A stretch of DNA of 64,000 bases, taken from positions 1 through 64,000 of the forward strand of contig CT868418.1 in NCBI GenBank assembly GCA_000165425.1, in the 5' to 3' direction. This DNA is from Paramecium tetraurelia (Eukaryota). Positions 57,721 through 64,000 of the stretch are shown piece after piece; the first letter of the stretch is position 1; each line of letters starts with the position of its first letter. The notes under the pieces were generated by a model. It did no database searches. It had not been told where the DNA came from and worked only from the letters and a program-made list of their open reading frames with translations. Made by a program: the position numbers and the translations under genes.

Positions 57721-58573
57721 AATTTACTATTTTTAAATTGCTTTTGTTACTTAAATAATTAAGTAGTCATATCATTATAAGTTAATGCATTTATAATTTA
57801 GAGAGCTTAATATATCTGCTTTCATCAAAATCTTATTTTATCATTATTGAATATTATTAGGATGTATTTTTTTTAATTTTAAAATAATCTAAAACAACTT
57901 AAATTCGTTTAACAAATTGAAAGTTATAAATCTAAATATTTAGATCTTGAAAACAGTTATAAGTTAAGAGATAAAATTTTTGTTGTGGAAAAATAGGTTA
58001 TCTTAGGTTTTACATTTGAGATATTTTGTTTCTAATATATTTGATAGCCTTTATATAATATATGATTCAATAGAATCATTAATTAGACTCTTCTGTAATT
58101 ATATTTTCAAGATATCTATAGAATATTAGTTGTAAAATTTTTGAAAATTCATAAGCCAAATTTTGATCTCTATATTTAATTTATTGAGAAATGAACTTAT
58201 AAATTTTTAATGAAATAATATAAAAATTCTATTGTGATGTGAAGCAACATATAATATTTGCTTGTAAAATCAAATTTAAGGAAACGATTATTAAATTTAG
58301 ATATTTTGAACATTATATAAAAAAAAGATTTGATGGAATATTTTCAAATCATTAAAAAATTTAAAACTAATTTTTTGATATTCTATTTCTTCCTTCAGAT
58401 TAGTTTAATAAACTTGGCTATAATTTCTTATTCTAGCATTTGCCTGGGCTCTAAGGATCAATACAACAATAAGATAATTTAATCAACTTTTATCAATAAA
58501 TAGTATCAATAATTATATTAATTGAAGGTTTCGTAATAAATTAAACTAATTTTAAATAGAGCTGATCATTTCT

Positions 58574-60591
58574 TCAAATCTTTTAGTTCATAAATTAGAC
58601 CTATTGATTTTTTACTAGTTCATATATTGCACTGATATCAAGCCTTTAATCTTTATCTGGACTTAGGCCTAAAATATTAGATATCTTACATTTTAAAATT
58701 ATAGCTTGCAGATCCTGAATAATAGTTCGAGGCCCATCGTCGACATTACTTTTTTAAGAATTTTCTAAATTAAAGCTGGATTCTTTAAAATAAGTTAGGT
58801 AATCTTTCTTAAACATAAAAGCCTGTTTGTTTATAAGAATTTATACTATTGGTAATTATACAAATAATAATTCGTAAGCCAATACACCAAAAGAAAACAC
58901 ATCTGCTTTATCTGATACTTCACTATTTTTTATAACTTCTGGTGCGGTAAAGGGCACCGAGAATTTAACACCATCTTTTTAAAATGGATATTCAGGATGA
59001 TAAGCTTCTCCAAAATCACAAATTTTAACATTACCTTTTTTACTTATCTAGAAATTTAAGAATTATATATACCAAAACATTATCAGGCTTTATGTCTAAA
59101 TGTAAAATATTCTTTTTATGCAAATGTTAAATACCCTTTACTATTTATAATAATATTTTAATTTTTCTTTTTAATGACATGACATTTTTATATTTTTGTA
59201 AATACTCTCTTAAACTTTTGAAATGATAATACTTTAATAAATATTAATCATATTTTTTATCTATTAAATAAATCTATGCTATATATTTTGAATAACTATT
59301 TTAAAAACATTTATTTATAAATTCGATTTCCTTTCTTAATTTTATTTTATTACCGTCTTTCTTTACAACCAAACTTAATATTTTTTATGGACCAATATTT
59401 ATACTTGTTCTATAAATCTTATGGAATCCGCCTTAATCTATCAAATCAGTGTCATTTAATGTAGGAATTTCATAATTTAATTTAGTTATCTGATTTAACC
59501 TTTTCTAATTGGTCATAGATTATTTAGACTAGATAGTCGTTTCTTGTTATTCTTAATTTCGAATATTATTATTGATAAACTCATAGGTATTATTCAATTA
59601 TTTTTATTCCTTTGGTTATAACTCATCTGAAAATTATGGAGTATTTTTATCGATCTTTGACAGCTCAGTTTCATTGGCAGATTGAGATTTATTTTTTATA
59701 TTCAAATTTAAATTTAAATTCACTTCTTGATATTGACTTGGAATATACCTAGGGTCAGTTGTGTCTGAAAAATTTGAAATCTTGAATTTGAAGAAAAGGA
59801 TTAATTTCTTAATTATTATTTGAAAATTTTTGTCTGCATTTTCAATAATGCTTGTAATTTGTTGTTCATTTTTGAGTTACAATTCTTTAATTTCATAAAT
59901 AATCTAGTTTGTTTATCTTAAATAGCTGAAAGATCCTATTTTCAAATAATGATTTGAATTTAAGCATAGATTATTAACAATAAATGTTGGGTCTATTTTA
60001 AATCAATTAAATACCTTCTATCCGAAGTATGAAATATTAATTCACTACCACGTTCATTTAAATATTGATGAAATTGTCACTATCCTTTCTAGATGCTAAT
60101 ATTAAATAATTTAAATAATTGTCTGAATCATTATTTACATCATTCTTTGACCATTAGCAGACTTAATTTTCATTTTTCACAGACTTTAAGAAATTGAACA
60201 ATTAAGTAAAGTCATTAAACATTTATATGTTTTCTTTTTGTTATTGTTCTTCATCACTTTTATTATTTAATTAGGGCGGCCCTCTATTCGCATTGTCTAA
60301 ATTTTAACATCTTCTACTTGATTTTTCGGAAGAATTATGGTTCCTATTGCTTCTAGTTGATGAATAAATTCCTTATGTAGAAAACTCTTCTACTATTAAA
60401 TTTTATAGATGTTGATGATTAAACAAACTAGTGCCATATCCTTCATTATTCTCGTCAATATTGGAGTTTAAACTAAATTAATTCTACTATTTTTTTTCTT
60501 TAATAGGCTTACCACAATGAAACCTTTCATTATTCTCAAATTTTTTCTTTTAAACATAAGTATAACGTTTTTCTTCTTACATTGTAAGCAT
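58574..60591 (-). CDS. TKL-like protein kinase with long N-terminal extension
   Basis: IDQGGFHKIY, LVVKK, RKEIEF, LHLDIKPDNVL, ICDFGEA, FTAPE, KADVFSFG. Confidence 0.85.
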
Positions 60592-60773
60592 AGGAGTATA
60601 ATTAAATTACAATTATATATAAATTAATAATTATAATAATACAATCTGATTATTATGTTGGAAGTGATTAAAATAAATATTTATTAATTTTTTTCTTGTA
60701 TAATAAACAATGATTATTTCTAATGTAAAGAGATGAATTAATTAATATTAATAATATGTATAAATTTGTATTT

Positions 60774-61687
60774 TCAAATGATATCGTGATCTATAAAATG
60801 TAGCTGATGATCTAGAATAATTATATTATTTTCTTGATTTTGTTGAGTACTCTTAATTGATAAACAATGGTTGTTACTATGTTTTGAGAATTAAACATCA
60901 ATTAAAGATCCCAAAGTTTCTTTGAATATCTATAATTATTTATTTTAATCTATTTTATAAATGGTAAGTTTATTGAAATTAAATTAGAATGCCAACAATG
61001 ATTTACTTATTAAATGAGCTTTAATAACTTATTTACTTAGATCTTAATCATCAAATATTTATTCAAAGTGTGGTTATTATTTTAATAATTCTGTTTATTT
61101 AATTTAATAAACTTGATAATATTAATTTTCCTAATGAAAGAATAAATAATTTTATTTACATGTTCATCAAATCTTTTAAAAAGCATAAGAATATATTCAC
61201 CATCTTAAATTATTTGTTTTAAGAAACCTTCAAATGGAATCCAAACCCAGAGTAATTCATCAATATTATTAGCATTATAAACTTTAATTTTACAATATGA
61301 ATCTCCTAAAATAATGACTTTTTGATCATTAATTTCTAGATACTTAAAGCATTTAGGAATAGCTAGATTAGTTTATATTGGTGTCATTTCTTTCGTAATT
61401 GATTATATTCCTTCCTATCCTAATTGAAATGACCACATATCTCCATGTTTATCACAAACATAAACACTATCATTGCTTTCATTGACTGTGATTCTCTTCA
61501 CCTTTTTAAGAAGCTTAAGAGTGAAAGTCAACTAAAGGTTTTTATAAACTTTGACTGTCTTATCCAAACATCCCACTATAATGAAATCCTTATAAGTTAT
61601 GACTTCTTTGCCTTTTATGTCTAACACTTCATGTTATTAATCTTCCTAAACAACTGCAATATTCTCAGATAATCTTAATCCGAACAT
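60774..61687 (-). CDS. WD40 protein, Trm82/WDR4-like (tRNA m7G46 methyltransferase non-catalytic subunit)
   Basis: GCLDKTVKVY; VCDKHGDMWSF (compare ADKxGDVY of Trm82/WDR4); LGDSYCKIKVY (compare DRDEKIRV); one intron. Confidence 0.65.
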
Positions 61688-62378
61688 TACATTTAATATA
61701 AAATTTAATTATCAAATTTTAAACCAAAATTAACAACATTCTTATTCGGAAACTCAAAGTTTATAAATAAAATTGGTTCATATATTATAAAAGAAGAAAA
61801 AGATAAATTAAACCACTAAGAAGTTTTTATTTACGTAATCCTTAGTTCTAATTGTCCATTCTGAAACATAGAAGGAGATAAAAGAATTTTTGTTATACAA
61901 AATATTTTAGAATTTTTATTCTGCTATAAAATGAGACCTAAAAAAGGAGTAACAGTACTTTATTCATCAATAATTTAAATAATGAATAGTTTTAACAAAA
62001 GGGACATAATAAATAGTTAATCACTTTAATAAATAAATATATTGCAAAGAAAAGATTATCTCAAATTAAGGCCAAAAAAGCTGAATAAAAGAATCTTAAA
62101 CATTCGATGTAATCAAAACAATGGATAAAACCTTAAAAATAATTCAGCTCCTTTATTAATGGTTTCTTAATTGAACTCGCCAACAATTCTCCAAAAGAGC
62201 TCTGCAAACAATAGTTTTATAAAAATAATTGAAGCTTAAGCTATTATTACCATACAATTTTTATCTACTAAGAAGTTTATTGATTTCTCTTTAAGAATAT
62301 TACCTGTATTTTTTAAAATCTTTCGATTAAGCACAATTCCAAATATTATAATTTTTATTCTAGTAAAATATGATTTGA

Positions 62379-63926
62379 TCAAAATTATTATAGTAGTCTA
62401 ACAAAATTTTCTTTATTAATTATCCCTTATTAATCAGAATCACATTTTTTGAGCACTTCTTCCCAATGAGTTTAATCTATTATAATTCCTCCAAAAACAT
62501 CCTCTAGGTTTTCCTTTTTGACGAATCCATCGTTATCTAAATCAAATTATTTAAATGCCTGTTCCAACTTATTTGTTTTTTCTGACAATTCCTATCTTAT
62601 CATTATGCTCAGAAATGCGTTGTACTCAATAGATCCAGTTTTATTAAAGTCACATTATTCCATTATTTTATCTATTTATTTCTCAATCTGAATTTCATCT
62701 AGTTTCAATTCTTTTAAACCAAAGATCAAATCCTCTCTATTTATTCTACCATCTCCATCCTTATCTAATGATTGGAAATTCCCTAGAATCTTTATCTTGT
62801 CTTCAGGTGTTAAAACCTAAAAAGTTATATATTATTGAATTAATTCTTATATAACATTAGATTACTAAAAATAGATTTCAATTAATTACATCAAACTTTT
62901 ATAAACTATTAAGGGCTTTTGAATCTATTGTATTATTTATATGTTCCTATAGCCAAGGATCTAGATATGCTTCTTCTGCTGATATTCGTTTATCTGGATT
63001 ATATGTCATAAGTTTCTTAACAAACTTCTTGGCTTCTGGAGAAATTTGAGCCCAATCATTTTTATCAAAACTCCATTTATCATATTCTATCAATAGTTGT
63101 GTTTGTCTAGCATCGCTACCATTGAAGGGGAGATACCCACATAATAAAGTATAGAGGATAACTCCACAAGACCAAATGTCACACTTTTCTGTGTATTGTT
63201 ATTTAAAAACTTCTGGGGCGGTGTAATGAGGCTAGAAACTAATAAGATTGCATTATTACCGTCCCTAACTTAGATGTAAGGTATTTTTCTTGGATAATCT
63301 TACGAGATGTACCAAAGTCTATAACCTTTAGAACTGGTTTTTCTGATACTATATTTAGCATTAGATTTTCTAATTTTAGATCACGGTGAACTATCTTGGC
63401 TTTATGACAGTATTACAAGGCAGATATGAGTTATCTCATGTAATAAGCAGCTTCCGCTTCAGAAAATGTTTTTTGTGCTTGTATTTTTTATATAAGTGAA
63501 CCTCCTTAAATTAATCTAAAAATCTAGAAAAGCCAAATACTCAATAATTAAATAATAGTTTTTTGCATCTTCAAATAGTTCAAAAAGTCTAACTATATTT
63601 GGATGATCTAATTTACGAAGAATGTTGACTTCTGCAAACATTTTTTCCTTTTCTTCATTGATTATCTTTTTTTTGGCCAATGTTTTTAAGGCCCTTACCT
63701 ATCCACTTTGCTTTTGAGTAGCTTTCATAACTTGTCCAAATGCTCCAACTCCAAGAACATCACCAAATGTATAAAAATTCTCTATCTAGCCATTTTTTAA
63801 GTTTATGTAAAGATCAGTTCCATATTTAAAACTGTTACCAGTGTGCCTTCGACCAGGACTACTTGGCCAGTGCTTCAGCTTCAAGGCCAAATCATCCTTC
63901 TATTTTTTAGATGAACATATTCCCAT
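62379..63926 (-). CDS. Calcium-dependent protein kinase (CDPK)
   Basis: [39 protein letters not shown] hands DKDGDG, DFNKTG, DLDNDG and a degenerate fourth (DSDQQG). Confidence 0.95.
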
Positions 63927-64000
63927 TTTGTAAAATTAAAATATAATATTGAATATTAATCATTTTTGTTGATTTTTACGCTAAGTTTTTCTAAGTGTTG

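Noticed and set aside
61931..62452. Plus-strand ATG-initiated ORF (MRPKKGVTVLY...)
   Set aside because: It overlaps the CDPK 3' end and has no recognisable motif, and a different frame lacking an ATG looks more protein-like; treated as a relic.

Overview
Very AT-rich, gene-dense eukaryotic DNA that reads cleanly only with the ciliate nuclear code (TAA/TAG = Gln, TGA = stop) and has 20-30 nt GT..AG introns and intergenic gaps as short as about 45 bp. This is the signature of a Paramecium (probably aurelia-complex) macronuclear chromosome. The supplied ORF track uses the standard code, so it shows only fragments and shadow ORFs. Manual translation gives one tRNA-Ser(UGA) and about 25 protein genes: a pseudokinase, Aurora-like, CAMK-like, CLK/LAMMER and TKL-like kinases, two CDPKs, a USP deubiquitinase, a TTLL6-like glutamylase, an R1R2R3 Myb, two MORN proteins, three PX-domain genes (one decayed), a Ser/RS-rich RRM-like protein, a double-CHHC zinc-finger GTSF1/Asterix-like protein, a membrane-anchored PDE, a ~2,900-aa Cys-rich/beta-helix multi-pass protein fused to MORN repeats, an IST1 with about 20 GFG repeats, a GYGD CNBD-family channel and a Trm82/WDR4-like protein. 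Several decaying gene relics lie between them. The most notable items are the receptor-like MORN fusion, the RS-protein/CLK/GTSF1-like trio, the FG-repeat IST1, and a channel with an almost uncharged S4 and a zinc knuckle. All gene models were inferred by eye, without database searches, so boundaries of the hypothetical genes are approximate.
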